Below are positions 19,603-29,268 of a DNA stretch of 64,000 nt, piece by piece (position 1 is the first letter of the stretch; every line of letters begins with the position of its first letter). The translations under genes and the position numbers were made by a program. The stretch spans positions 544,001 to 608,000 of the forward strand of contig JAVLKG010000002.1 in the NCBI GenBank assembly GCA_032128875.1, in the 5' to 3' direction. Under the pieces are notes generated by a model that saw only the letters and a program-made list of their open reading frames with translations, made no database searches and had not been told where the DNA came from. The stretch comes from Candidatus Melainabacteria bacterium 17Bon1m (GTDB taxonomy: Bacteria > Cyanobacteriota > Vampirovibrionia > Obscuribacterales > Obscuribacteraceae).

Positions 19603-21522
19603 CTAAGTTTGTGGGGTCGCATTGATCACACATGCATGGACGCCCGTGTTGGTTTCAATCTCTCGAGCAAACTCGCGAGCTTGTGTTGGATCTTGACCTG
19701 TACCTAGGAAGATCTTTTTGAACTTGCGGTAACGCTTCAATTGGATCATTCCGTCGATCAAAGTCTCCGGCAAAACTTTCACTGTCAAAATCAAATCGCG
19801 GTCTTTGAATTTTGGTGCCACCTGTTGCGATACCACTCTTTGCAACAATTCAAAAACTACGCCTCGTCGTGCAGCTTCTTCTTCAGCATGGAATATGACT
19901 ACTTCTTTTTCTCCAGGTTCCTCATGTTCGAGGAGGTCAAGTAGAAGTACGGTAAGATTTCTCGCTTTTGCTCCGGCAGTGCAAAGAACGTAGGTAGGAA
20001 GGTTGACGGGCAGATCGTCAACATTTTGGAATTTACCAAGCCCTAGGCGCAAGTCAGGTAAATGCTGCAATCGACCTTCTAAAACACCGAGCCTGTAAAA
20101 TGCGGTAACCATAAGAACAATGAGGAAGATTGAAAGACCTAACATTCTTGCGGTTGATGAATATATGAAAAGAGTTACTTCCGCAAAAGAAAGTGCGATC
20201 AAACCAAGTACAGCCGGCACAGGCATGCTCCAGTCGCCTAGATGCCATATCCATCGAGTCCGGTAAGGCGAGCGAGCAACTTTCAGCGGCATTCTTGCTC
20301 TCAGTAAGATTACTCCGAAGCAGAAAGACATCATCACGCCAAGAAAAGCCATTCCATAGACTTCGCCCAGCACGTTAACTTCGCCAGGAAGCAGGCAAAT
20401 CATCACAATTGTTACCAGCATGAAAGATAGTGCGCAATTTGGATAACCCTGAAAGAATGGCAAGCGTTCTCGAGTTTTGTTGAGTGGCCACGGCGCATTG
20501 TCAGCCCATCGTCTCAAAAAGAAGCCTGGGAGATTTCCTTGTTTTGCCATTGTGGTGCATAGCCCTATGCAGCCAGCATAGGCGGTATTAACCGCTGCAA
20601 ACAGAATCAAGCAAGCGTCCAAAACCAAAATAATCAAACCACTTTGACCAAACTCGATAAATGCTAATCCGCTTAGCAGGCTGTTCGAATAGGTATTCAT
20701 CTGTTCTGGAGTCAGAAGAATAATGCAGAGGTAAGAAGTAAGAGGTGCAGTAATACCCACCAAGGAAACAACTACCAGATACACCTTACGCAGTGTGAGC
20801 CAGGTAGGCGTCTTTAGCTGCTCCACAATTTGCGCTGCAGCTTCAAACCCTGTGATGCCTAGAAACGCCGCAGCGAAGCCTCTATACATGTCCTGTGTGG
20901 AAATCGTCGGTAGTCCTTCAAAAACACGGGCAAAATTTGCCCCGCTCGAGAAAGCAATGAATAGCCCATAGAAATCCATCACTAGCAAAAGACCGAAGTG
21001 GAATGCAGCTATTCCCAGAACAATTTTTGCCGGCTCTTTGATCCCAACAATGTTTAGAAGTCCAAAAAATACAACGGGAATTGAAGCAACTGCGACAACA
21101 TTTTGAACTGGCCAATTAACGATGTTATCGAAAGAATCTAGGTAGTATGCCCCCGAAATTGCACTGACAGCAGCAGTAGCCAGGTAGGAGAGTATTGAAA
21201 GGGCTCCTACTACCATAGCCATCCGCCTTCCGACAGTCTGTAGAACCATCATGTATGCACCCCCGTTAAAGGGGCTAGCGGCACAGCCTTCCTCATACGT
21301 GACCTTGAATAGCCACATGAGAATACAGACGACTAATATCATCAGAGGCGCTGCATATCCAACCAGAGGACGAATTATCCCTGTCGAATAGAAAACGGAC
21401 GTGCCAATATCCGCACCGACAATGGCTGCTGCTAGCCACCAGCTAAGCAGTTCGTCCTTGTGGTGGGTTACCTGTTGCGATGCAGCGGGCTGTGTGCTTG
21501 GTGCTGTAGACGGTTCTTGCAA
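19603..21522 (-). CDS. APC-superfamily transporter, KUP/KimA-like, with USP-like C-terminal domain
   Basis: About 12 TM; GADIGTSVFY (compare KUP GDIGTSPLY), NGGAY, GITGFEA. Confidence 0.8.
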   Translation of the reverse strand: MQEPSTAPSTQPAASQQVTHHKDELLSWWLAAAIVGADIGTSVFYSTGIIRPLVGYAAPLMILVVCILMWLFKVTYEEGCAASPFNGGAYMMVLQTVGRRMAMVVGALSILSYLATAAVSAISGAYYLDSFDNIVNWPVQNVVAVASIPVVFFGLLNIVGIKEPAKIVLGIAAFHFGLLLVMDFYGLFIAFSSGANFARVFEGLPTISTQDMYRGFAAAFLGITGFEAAAQIVEQLKTPTWLTLRKVYLVVVSLVGITAPLTSYLCIILLTPEQMNTYSNSLLSGLAFIEFGQSGLIILVLDACLILFAAVNTAYAGCIGLCTTMAKQGNLPGFFLRRWADNAPWPLNKTRERLPFFQGYPNCALSFMLVTIVMICLLPGEVNVLGEVYGMAFLGVMMSFCFGVILLRARMPLKVARSPYRTRWIWHLGDWSMPVPAVLGLIALSFAEVTLFIYSSTARMLGLSIFLIVLMVTAFYRLGVLEGRLQHLPDLRLGLGKFQNVDDLPVNLPTYVLCTAGAKARNLTVLLLDLLEHEEPGEKEVVIFHAEEEAARRGVVFELLQRVVSQQVAPKFKDRDLILTVKVLPETLIDGMIQLKRYRKFKKIFLGTGQDPTQAREFAREIETNTGVHACVINATPQT

Positions 21523-21763
21523 AGCTGTTACCGGAGACTCGTCGGCTCAAAAGCCGTTATGAACAGTTGCGATTATATTGCAAGCATTTTGAAAACCAAC
21601 AGATATGGCCTTTAATTCGCTTGATAACGTTGTACTTCTAAATATAGCTCTATAAAATCTTTGATTAAGCGAAAAACGCTGAAACCGCCAACCTGTGAGC
21701 GACGTGCGTCTTTTGATCTTACTTTTGCTTTTGGAGAATGAATTGCTTGACATGGCGATGCTT

Positions 21764-23713
21764 TCAGGCTACATGCACGCAGGGACGGAGGTTTTCGTCC
21801 TTTTCAGCCAGTCTCAAAATCTCGCGAGTTATTGAAGCTGTTTCACCTTCACCCAAGAATACGAATTTCATTACATACAAAAGCGGGGCGCCTTCCGTCC
21901 AGCCGAGATAGATATGTGGTTTTTTACCTGTAAGGTCGCGCAGGTATAGAAGAACGGCTGAAAGTGCATTGGGTACGGCTACCGCATTACAAGTCAGCAC
22001 GCTGTAGCCATTTCGTTTTTCACCCTTTACTTCAAGTACGTCTTCAATAAATTCAGATGCATCGCCAAGCAAGACTTCGATGAAGATCACGCCATCGCCG
22101 CTAATGTTATGTTTGTCGGATATTTCCTTGAGTTTGCCAGCATAATCAAAATTCCCCGGATGATGAGCAACCAGGCGAATTGTGCCGGGCAATTTCTGTC
22201 CTAACTCACCTGTGCTCAAAGACGAACTGCCTACTCCCATTGCTTCCTGCAAAATTGCCTCTGCTTGTTCGTCCACAACGACTTTCTTGATTCGCAGTTC
22301 AGTTGAGCGTCGCAAGCGAGACATGAAAGAGACAAAGATAATTGCCCAGATGAAGAAGCTGGCGATATGCAGACCTTCAGGCCGTTCGATAACGTTTGCC
22401 AGGGTAGTGTAAATGAAAAGTATTGTGATGGCTATTAGCATTAAGCGTCTTGCCACTGAGGTTTTCCAGTCTGTCAAAGTGACTGCGACGGCAGCAGAAG
22501 CCATAAGAACCAAAACACCTGTGGCATATGCAGCGCCTTGTGCATCTACAGACGCGCGGAAATAGTGTGTGACAGCAATACTGACGACAAAGAGCACAAG
22601 TACAAGAGGGCGCATTGCGCGAGCCCAGTCAGGCGCCATCCCGTATCGAGGTAGATAGCGCGGGACAAGATTGATCAAACCAGCCATAGCCGACGCGCCG
22701 GCAAACCAAAGAATTGCAATTGTGCTTAAGTCATAGACTGTTCCAAAAATGTCGCCAAGATAATGATGAGCCAGATACGCAAGTGCGCGCCCATTAGCTT
22801 TTCCGCCGTCTTGAAATTCTGCTGCAGGAATAAGAATTGTCGTTATCAGAGAAGTGGTGATAAGGAAGAAGCTCATCACTACAGCTGCTGTGGAAAGCAA
22901 TGTGCGGGTGTTTTTGATTCTGCCGGTTGGTGTGTTTTCTGTGTCGTCGCTATTGCCCTGCACAAGCGGCATTACCGCAACGCCGGTTTCGAAGCCGGAA
23001 AGTCCAAGTGCCAGTTTTGGAAAGAGAAGGAGACTGACCATGAACATTTTGGGAATGGAAGGATACTGAGAGGTAAGATTGCTGAGCCAGTCGGTGACTG
23101 GTTTTTGATTCTGTAAAACGTCATAACCGCAAACACTGACGACGATCAAATTAAGAGCAAGGTATATGCCGACAAGTATGATGGCAACGCCGATTGCTTC
23201 TCGAAAACCAATCAAAAAGATGCCGGCTAGAACTAGCAAGAGGCCGTCTGTGACAAGGAGAGGACTGAGACCAAAACCCTTCATGAAAACGTTTTCCACA
23301 ACGTGCTGTGCCGCATCGGCTGCAGAAAGAGTGATGGTAATTATGAAATCTGTTGCCGCAAAACCAATGAGGACAAGAACTGCAGCTTTACCCCTCCATC
23401 CTGGTAGCAAGTGCTCCAGCATCGCGACCGAGCCTTGACCGTGCGGCGAAACCTCAGCTACTCGTCTGTATATCGGCAACGCCGCAAAGAGTGTGAAAAG
23501 AACGAGTACCAGAGTGGCGAGAGGAGAAAGATAAGATGCCGCCAGAAAAGCAATGCCAGGTTGGTAACCGAGAGTGGAAAAATAGTCCACGCCGGTAAGG
23601 CACATTACCTGCCACCAGGGTGCTTTTGTGCTTTCGCCTTCGTCTTTCTTCGAAAGTCCCTTGAACAGCCACTTGCGGGCGTTCTTAATGGTTGGCGACT
23701 GGCTTTCTGTCAT
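21764..23713 (-). CDS. APC-superfamily transporter, KimA/KUP-like (paralog of 17556..19469)
   Basis: Shares long identical blocks with 17556..19469 ([70 protein letters not shown]). Confidence 0.82.
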   Translation of the reverse strand: MTESQSPTIKNARKWLFKGLSKKDEGESTKAPWWQVMCLTGVDYFSTLGYQPGIAFLAASYLSPLATLVLVLFTLFAALPIYRRVAEVSPHGQGSVAMLEHLLPGWRGKAAVLVLIGFAATDFIITITLSAADAAQHVVENVFMKGFGLSPLLVTDGLLLVLAGIFLIGFREAIGVAIILVGIYLALNLIVVSVCGYDVLQNQKPVTDWLSNLTSQYPSIPKMFMVSLLLFPKLALGLSGFETGVAVMPLVQGNSDDTENTPTGRIKNTRTLLSTAAVVMSFFLITTSLITTILIPAAEFQDGGKANGRALAYLAHHYLGDIFGTVYDLSTIAILWFAGASAMAGLINLVPRYLPRYGMAPDWARAMRPLVLVLFVVSIAVTHYFRASVDAQGAAYATGVLVLMASAAVAVTLTDWKTSVARRLMLIAITILFIYTTLANVIERPEGLHIASFFIWAIIFVSFMSRLRRSTELRIKKVVVDEQAEAILQEAMGVGSSSLSTGELGQKLPGTIRLVAHHPGNFDYAGKLKEISDKHNISGDGVIFIEVLLGDASEFIEDVLEVKGEKRNGYSVLTCNAVAVPNALSAVLLYLRDLTGKKPHIYLGWTEGAPLLYVMKFVFLGEGETASITREILRLAEKDENLRPCVHVA

Positions 23714-23857
23714 GTTGGAAAATTTCCTTTCTAAGTTTCTTTATCTACCCAATGCAGTCAGCAACCATGCTTTTCGCCGATTTTATCTGTTGTCAGGGTT
23801 CTTCAGGTCCTAGAAACACGTTACTATTCACCTTTTGATTGATACTGGAGAGATGCT

Positions 23858-25117
23858 TTGATAAGTAAGACCGAAAAGGCTATGAAGTGGTCTTCGCTAA
23901 TCGGCGGGCGCGATGAGGACGATAAGTCGTCTTCGAAGCAAACAGCCAAGCAGATAATCACTCAGATGTCCGAGAGATTGCTGAGCGAACTCGGTCAAGA
24001 ACCTGATTTGGTCATCGCCTTTGTCTCTCACCATTATTCGCGCAACTTCGAGAAAATTCCCGGATATATCAAGGACAAATTGAAGCCGAAGGCGCTTATT
24101 GGCTGCTCTGCCGGTGGCTTGATTGGTGGTGGTGAGGAAGTTGAGCATGACAAAGGCATCGCTCTTGCAGGAGCCGTAATGCCCGGCGTAAATCTCTCCA
24201 CTTTCCACGTTTTCAATGAGCAATTGCCGGATGGTGATGCTCCGCCATCTGAGTGGGAAAAGATAGTCGGCATTGATAACAGTGTTGAGCCGTCATTCAT
24301 TCTGCTGCCGGACCCTTTCACGTTCAGAATCGAGACGATGGTGCAAGGGCTCGATTATGCTTTTGCCAATAGCGTGAAGGTTGGCGGAATGGCTAGTGGA
24401 GCAAACGAACCTGGCCGAAATGCGCTTTTTCTCAACGGCGATGTTTACACTGAAGGCATGGTAGGTCTCGCTGTTTCCGGCAATGTCACCGTTGACACTG
24501 TGGTGGCGCAAGGTTGCCGGCCTATTGGAAAACCGCTCACAGTCACGGCTTGCCAGGGCAATATACTTTTAGAATTGGATGGCGAGCCGGCAATTCACAA
24601 GCTGAAAAGTGTGCTTGAAGATCTCCCGCCGCATGATCAAGAACTTGCGCGCAACTCGCTTTTTCTTGGAGTTGTGATGAATGAGTTTAAGACTGATTTC
24701 AAATGCGGTGACTTCCTAATTCGTAATCTGGTCGGACTTGTACCTGAAGCCGGAGCAATTGTAGTCGGAGAATTGCTCAGGCAGGGACGTACAGTTCAGT
24801 TTCATTTGCGTGATGCTGCAACATCATCCGAAGACCTTCGTCTGATGCTGAAAAACTATTGCGATCGCACGCGTTTAAGCGGTGCCGGTGCCCAAGCGCA
24901 AGGGGCGCTTCTTTTCTCCTGCCTTGGACGGGGCAAATATTTGTACGGAACCAAAAACCACGACAGCGACATTTTCCGTGAGTATGTCGGCGAGGTGCCC
25001 TTAACAGGTTTTTTCTGTAATGGCGAAATTGGACCCGTGGGAGGAACCACTTTCCTGCACGGTTATACTTCCTCCTTCGGGTTATTTCGAGCGAAGGACA
25101 GCGCAGGTTCTTTATAA
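23858..25117 (+). CDS. FIST domain (FIST_N + FIST_C) sensory protein
   Basis: LIGCSAGG, GGMASG, VAQGCRPIG, QFHLRD, LLFSCLGRG and GFFCNGEIGP motifs. Confidence 0.9.
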   Translation: MISKTEKAMKWSSLIGGRDEDDKSSSKQTAKQIITQMSERLLSELGQEPDLVIAFVSHHYSRNFEKIPGYIKDKLKPKALIGCSAGGLIGGGEEVEHDKGIALAGAVMPGVNLSTFHVFNEQLPDGDAPPSEWEKIVGIDNSVEPSFILLPDPFTFRIETMVQGLDYAFANSVKVGGMASGANEPGRNALFLNGDVYTEGMVGLAVSGNVTVDTVVAQGCRPIGKPLTVTACQGNILLELDGEPAIHKLKSVLEDLPPHDQELARNSLFLGVVMNEFKTDFKCGDFLIRNLVGLVPEAGAIVVGELLRQGRTVQFHLRDAATSSEDLRLMLKNYCDRTRLSGAGAQAQGALLFSCLGRGKYLYGTKNHDSDIFREYVGEVPLTGFFCNGEIGPVGGTTFLHGYTSSFGLFRAKDSAGSL

Positions 25118-25145
25118 TCTTAAGCGAGAACGGGGAGGATGAATA

Positions 25146-25706
25146 ATGTCACTACTTAAGGTCGCTTCGAGTTTTAGCTCAAAGTCTTGCTCGCAGTTCA
25201 AAAAAATTGCACTTCTAGTTCTTGTCTGCGGACTTACAATTACCACTGCTGCGACTGCCGCACCGGCAAATAGAGCACCCGCCAAAGCTTCATCAAAAGC
25301 TCCAGCAAGCAAACCACACGTGGATAATTCAGGTCCATTGACCGGTTATTTCAATCGCACGAGGTTGCGAGTGCAAAATAACTGGCAGGTTCCTGATGGC
25401 AAGAATACTGTCGTTCTGACCGCCACCATCAATGCAGACGGCAGCACATCCGATGTTGTAGCGACCGGGCACCCGAAAGACGGGCAAGCAGAAGTCAGCG
25501 CTACCGATGCTTTCAACAAGTCGCTCCCTTTGGAAGCGCTGCCTGCAGGAGTGACGTCAGCGAAAATAACGATTAACTTCGAGTATTCATATGATCCGCA
25601 CGGTGACGGCTTCCACAAAGTGTCCGGTCAGATTTCCCAAACTGGTTCGCAACAAGCTCAACCAGCAAGTACCGCCGCTCCAGCCGAAGGCGGAGCAAAA
25701 TTCTAG
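25146..25706 (+). CDS. Exported TonB C-terminal-like domain protein
   Basis: Signal peptide/TM, then YFNRTRLRVQNNWQVP...TINADGS...PLEALP...ITINF. Confidence 0.65.
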   Translation: MSLLKVASSFSSKSCSQFKKIALLVLVCGLTITTAATAAPANRAPAKASSKAPASKPHVDNSGPLTGYFNRTRLRVQNNWQVPDGKNTVVLTATINADGSTSDVVATGHPKDGQAEVSATDAFNKSLPLEALPAGVTSAKITINFEYSYDPHGDGFHKVSGQISQTGSQQAQPASTAAPAEGGAKF

Positions 25707-25747
25707 TTAGAAACACCTTCGTTTTAGCCAAACAACACGGATGAGCA

Positions 25748-27346
25748 ATGTCAGGTTTTCGCTTCTTCTCAAAGAAAAAGACTCCTGGCAGTAAAGTTCG
25801 CGAGGCGCGTTATGCTGGTTCGTGGTACAACGATGACCCGCTTAAGTTGAATCAGCAGTTAGAAGAGTACCTCCAATCAGCTAGTGGTGCTCTTTCCAGG
25901 CGCTCTGCTCATGCTCAATTTCAAGAACCGGAATTGAATTTATTGAGAGATGATGGCAATCTTTTAGCTATTGTAAGTCCGCATGCCGGTTATATGTTCT
26001 CGGGCCAAACAGCAGCGTTTGGTTATTCTCGTGCTCAAATGCAAGAGAAACAATTTCAGAAAATCCAGCGAGTTTTTCTTCTAGGACCTAGCCATTACAC
26101 AGGTTTTGAGGGCGCTGCTTTGAGCGACGCCACGGCATTTCAAACCCCGTTAGGAAATCTTCCGGTTGATCTGAAAACGGTCGAGGCGCTTTGCGATTTT
26201 CCTCTTTTTCGCTTTATGCCGGAGGTCCATCGCAAAGAACATTCTCTTGAGCTGCAGCTGCCTTTGATTTACAAAGCGTTTGGACCGATCGAAATTGTTC
26301 CGATCGTAATCGGCCAACTCGAAGACGAAATGGAAACCCGTTTGATTGGCGGCGCTCTAAAGCGTTTTCTCAAAGAAGATGACATTGTTGTCGTCAGCTC
26401 TGACTTTTGCCATGTCGGCCCGCGTTACCAGTATCAACCATTTACCGCCAATATCAAAGAAAATGTATATCGGCTAGACAAAGAAGCATTTACGTACATA
26501 AACCGCCTCGATCTTGAGGGTTTTATCGACTTCCGAGAGCGAACTGGTGCCACCATATGTGGTTTTTACCCACTTTGCGTTTTAATGTCGATATTGCCTG
26601 ACAATAGTGGCGGCACTGTTTTGAATTACGCAACTTCACAAGACTCACTCGTCGAGGATGACGAGAATTCAGTGAGCTACATGGCTATCGCATTAGGCGG
26701 GCAATCTGGTAAAAACTGCCGCTGGCTGCCGGATGACGAGATTCCCGAAAGCAATGCTCCGCTCACTTCTGAAGAGCGTCAGGCACTGCTTATGGTGGCA
26801 CGAGAAAGCATTGCGGCTGCCGCTTCAAAAAAAACACAACCAAATAATGCTGAACTGAAAAAAACATTCCCGCGCTTTGCTCACCCTCGCGGGGTTTTTG
26901 TCACGCTCTTCAAAAAGACGGACAATCCGTCCAACCCCGAAGAACGGCGCGAACTGAGAGGTTGTATAGGTCATATTTGGCCGGTTCGCCCGCTGGTCGA
27001 TGCCGTTTGTGAAAATGCAACTGGAGCTGCGATGCGCGATTATCGCTTTCTGCCGGTCACCGCGGACGATTTGGACAGCTTGGAAATTGAAATTAGTGTC
27101 TTGACGCCATTGAAGAGAATCGCCACCTATGATGAGATAGTAATAGGTAGAGATGGCGTCGTCCTCTATAAGAATGGAAGTCAGGCAGTCTTTCTGCCAC
27201 ATGTGGCAGAGCAATTCGGCTGGAATCTCGAGCAGACTCTTACACAGCTTTCCTTGAAAGCCGGACTGGGAGAGACAGCATGGAAGCAAGGAGCCAGATT
27301 CGACATATTCCAAACGGAGTCTTTTGAAGAGCACGAAGAGGGGTAG
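25748..27346 (+). CDS. AmmeMemoRadiSam protein B (MEMO1) / protein A (AMMECR1) fusion
   Basis: MEMO motifs AGSWY, SPHAGY, GPSH, EHSLE, SSDFCH, TICG. AMMECR1 motifs GVFVTL, LRGCIG, EISVLTP, FLPHVA. Confidence 0.9.
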   Translation: MSGFRFFSKKKTPGSKVREARYAGSWYNDDPLKLNQQLEEYLQSASGALSRRSAHAQFQEPELNLLRDDGNLLAIVSPHAGYMFSGQTAAFGYSRAQMQEKQFQKIQRVFLLGPSHYTGFEGAALSDATAFQTPLGNLPVDLKTVEALCDFPLFRFMPEVHRKEHSLELQLPLIYKAFGPIEIVPIVIGQLEDEMETRLIGGALKRFLKEDDIVVVSSDFCHVGPRYQYQPFTANIKENVYRLDKEAFTYINRLDLEGFIDFRERTGATICGFYPLCVLMSILPDNSGGTVLNYATSQDSLVEDDENSVSYMAIALGGQSGKNCRWLPDDEIPESNAPLTSEERQALLMVARESIAAAASKKTQPNNAELKKTFPRFAHPRGVFVTLFKKTDNPSNPEERRELRGCIGHIWPVRPLVDAVCENATGAAMRDYRFLPVTADDLDSLEIEISVLTPLKRIATYDEIVIGRDGVVLYKNGSQAVFLPHVAEQFGWNLEQTLTQLSLKAGLGETAWKQGARFDIFQTESFEEHEEG

Positions 27347-27403
27347 AAAGATACGGGGGATTCGATTCGTTGCTGAGTCAGACATCCACCAAAAGGGGGA
27401 CAT

Positions 27404-28180
27404 GTGGGCTACGATTTGCCGGTTGGCCAGAAAGTAAGGGTCGTTCTAGCAGAAGACGATGAACCGACCAGATTCTGGTTGAAGTTGACTCTTCAGCAAT
27501 CCCAAACTTTTGAGGTTGTCGGACAGGCCGGCGATGGACGCTCTGCTGTGGCTATCACCAATGAGAATAAACCCGACCTGGTTTTGATGGATATCGGCAT
27601 GCCGATTATGGACGGTGTTGAAGCGGCGCGTCTGGTCAAAGAAGCTCTGCCCGAAACCAAAGTGATCATGTTCACCTCGCATGATACCGACGATTCTGTA
27701 TTTGCAGCTCTTTCTGCCGGTGCAGACGGATATTGCTTGAAAACGCTCACCGCTGAGCAACTGCTCAAAGCTGTATCCAGTGTTATGGATGGTGCGGCTT
27801 GGCTCGACCCGGGTATTGCCAGAAAAGTTTTGCGGGCGGCATCACATAGTGTCACCCCAAAAGACGGCGAATTGGAATCGGAGAAATCCGAAAGTGCTGC
27901 TGGGCCAGTTGCGAGCGACACTGGTAAGGATGCGCCTAAGGATCAAAAAGACACCAGAGACTCAAAAGACACACCAGGACCAAATCCATTTGCACTGTCC
28001 CAGCGTGAAATGGAAGTTTTGCAGCTACTTGTCGAAGGACTGAGCAATCAGGAGATTGCGGACAAATTGTGCTTGGGCACTGAGACTATCAAAACCCATA
28101 TGCGTCACATTATGCGCAAGCTGTCGGTTTCAGATAGAACGCAGGCGGCAATCAAGGCAATGCGCCAGGGCATTGTTTAA
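27404..28180 (+). CDS. NarL/LuxR-family response regulator (paralog of 9192..9884)
   Basis: AEDD, LMDIGMP, FTSH, YCLK; HTH LSQRE...GLSNQEIA...ETIKTHMRHIM. Confidence 0.93.
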   Translation: MGYDLPVGQKVRVVLAEDDEPTRFWLKLTLQQSQTFEVVGQAGDGRSAVAITNENKPDLVLMDIGMPIMDGVEAARLVKEALPETKVIMFTSHDTDDSVFAALSAGADGYCLKTLTAEQLLKAVSSVMDGAAWLDPGIARKVLRAASHSVTPKDGELESEKSESAAGPVASDTGKDAPKDQKDTRDSKDTPGPNPFALSQREMEVLQLLVEGLSNQEIADKLCLGTETIKTHMRHIMRKLSVSDRTQAAIKAMRQGIV

Positions 28181-28212
28181 TCTGCCAGAGATTGCATAAA
28201 CACCGGGGCTGC

Positions 28213-28773
28213 TTATCCGAACAGTTTTGCAGCCAGCAAGAGCTGCTGAACAATGCACTGAATGGCGGTGAAAATCAAAAAAACAAGAGTGTGGTCTTGA
28301 TTGGCGAACCGCGACAGTTCGGCTTCGATGGAGGGAATTGCTTGTCCCTTTTCGGGCTGATTTAGAAGCGCATCAGGAATGATTAAGCGCGGATTTGTCC
28401 GCCACAATCCGTAGCTGAATAATTCTTCCGTCGTGGTGTCGACTACAGCCAATCTCAGACCTGGCAAAGACAATTTCTTACAATGCTCGCCAATCATCAA
28501 GGCTAATTCGGGATTGGTCTTGGCAATATCTTCAAGAGCGACAAAGCGAGCTTTGAAATAACGTCGCTCCGCCCAATCCAGCACCATAGGCAGTAGCATG
28601 ACGAAAAGAACGTTCCAGCAGAGCGTTAAAATTGCAGACCCTCTTGCACCAATCTCACCGATCGCAACACAGCGTGCCACCGGGAAGGCTAAACCTACGC
28701 CGACGATAAACGTGGTCAGGTAATAGATGCCTAAGACGGTTGATGGTTTGAGTGGTTTTGCAGTATTTGCCAT
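28213..28773 (-). CDS. Membrane protein; truncated, catalytically degenerate HtpX/M48 homolog
   Basis: Two N-terminal TMs, then 73 residues that align without gaps to this window's HtpX, with HELGH replaced by AELSR. Confidence 0.65.
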   Translation of the reverse strand: MANTAKPLKPSTVLGIYYLTTFIVGVGLAFPVARCVAIGEIGARGSAILTLCWNVLFVMLLPMVLDWAERRYFKARFVALEDIAKTNPELALMIGEHCKKLSLPGLRLAVVDTTTEELFSYGLWRTNPRLIIPDALLNQPEKGQAIPSIEAELSRFANQDHTLVFLIFTAIQCIVQQLLLAAKLFG

Positions 28774-28896
28774 GATTTTTTGCCGGACTTACTCCGGCAT
28801 CATAGATAGGTCTCTTGCTACTCTTGTTCCACCTTGAACTGCCAATCAAACTGTCAATATCCTCATGACAACTAGGTCGCGGCTATAATTGGACTG

Positions 28897-29268
28897 TTGG
28901 GGAGCGGACACGAAGGGCGGAAACTTTTGAAGGGCAAAGCACTCCTCGAATGCAAGCATTTCGCTGCTGAATGGTTGCGGGCGTTTGAAATTAAGAGAGC
29001 GGGGGGCAATATTCAGCGATTGGACGAACTCGCCGATTTTAATGACGACGAAGTTCTCCGGCGCGGGTTATGGATGATTTCCATTGTGGGCGGCCCGGTT
29101 GTCTATCTTCTTTTGCCTTTCGTGTTGTCTATCCTGCAAACCTTTATCTGGGCGCAGTTGACGATCGTGCTTTGGACGCTTCTGAAAATCGCCATGGGTT
29201 TAATCTTTGCGATCTTCGCTTTGGCTGTGTATTTCACTTTCCTGCAAGACAGGGGATCAATCGGATAA
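28897..29268 (+). CDS. Hypothetical membrane protein (2 TM)
   Basis: Hydrophobic C-terminal half; its stop directly abuts the ATG of the next gene. Start uncertain. Confidence 0.55.
   Translation: MGSGHEGRKLLKGKALLECKHFAAEWLRAFEIKRAGGNIQRLDELADFNDDEVLRRGLWMISIVGGPVVYLLLPFVLSILQTFIWAQLTIVLWTLLKIAMGLIFAIFALAVYFTFLQDRGSIG

Noticed and set aside
21547-21753. 68-aa ORF between two transporter genes
   Set aside because: No clear RBS or motif, and the AT-rich sequence looks like a promoter region.
19470-23857. c-di-AMP (ydaO) riboswitch upstream of the KimA-like genes
   Set aside because: I looked in the three upstream gaps on the minus strand and could not see the conserved GCCGAAUCC / GGAAC..GGGG elements. 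A cmscan would settle it.
28852-28889. TGTCA-N9-TGACA and TATAAT in a divergent gap; also TATAAT at 10912
   Set aside because: The half-sites are too short and there is no properly spaced -35, so I cannot support a specific promoter or operator call.
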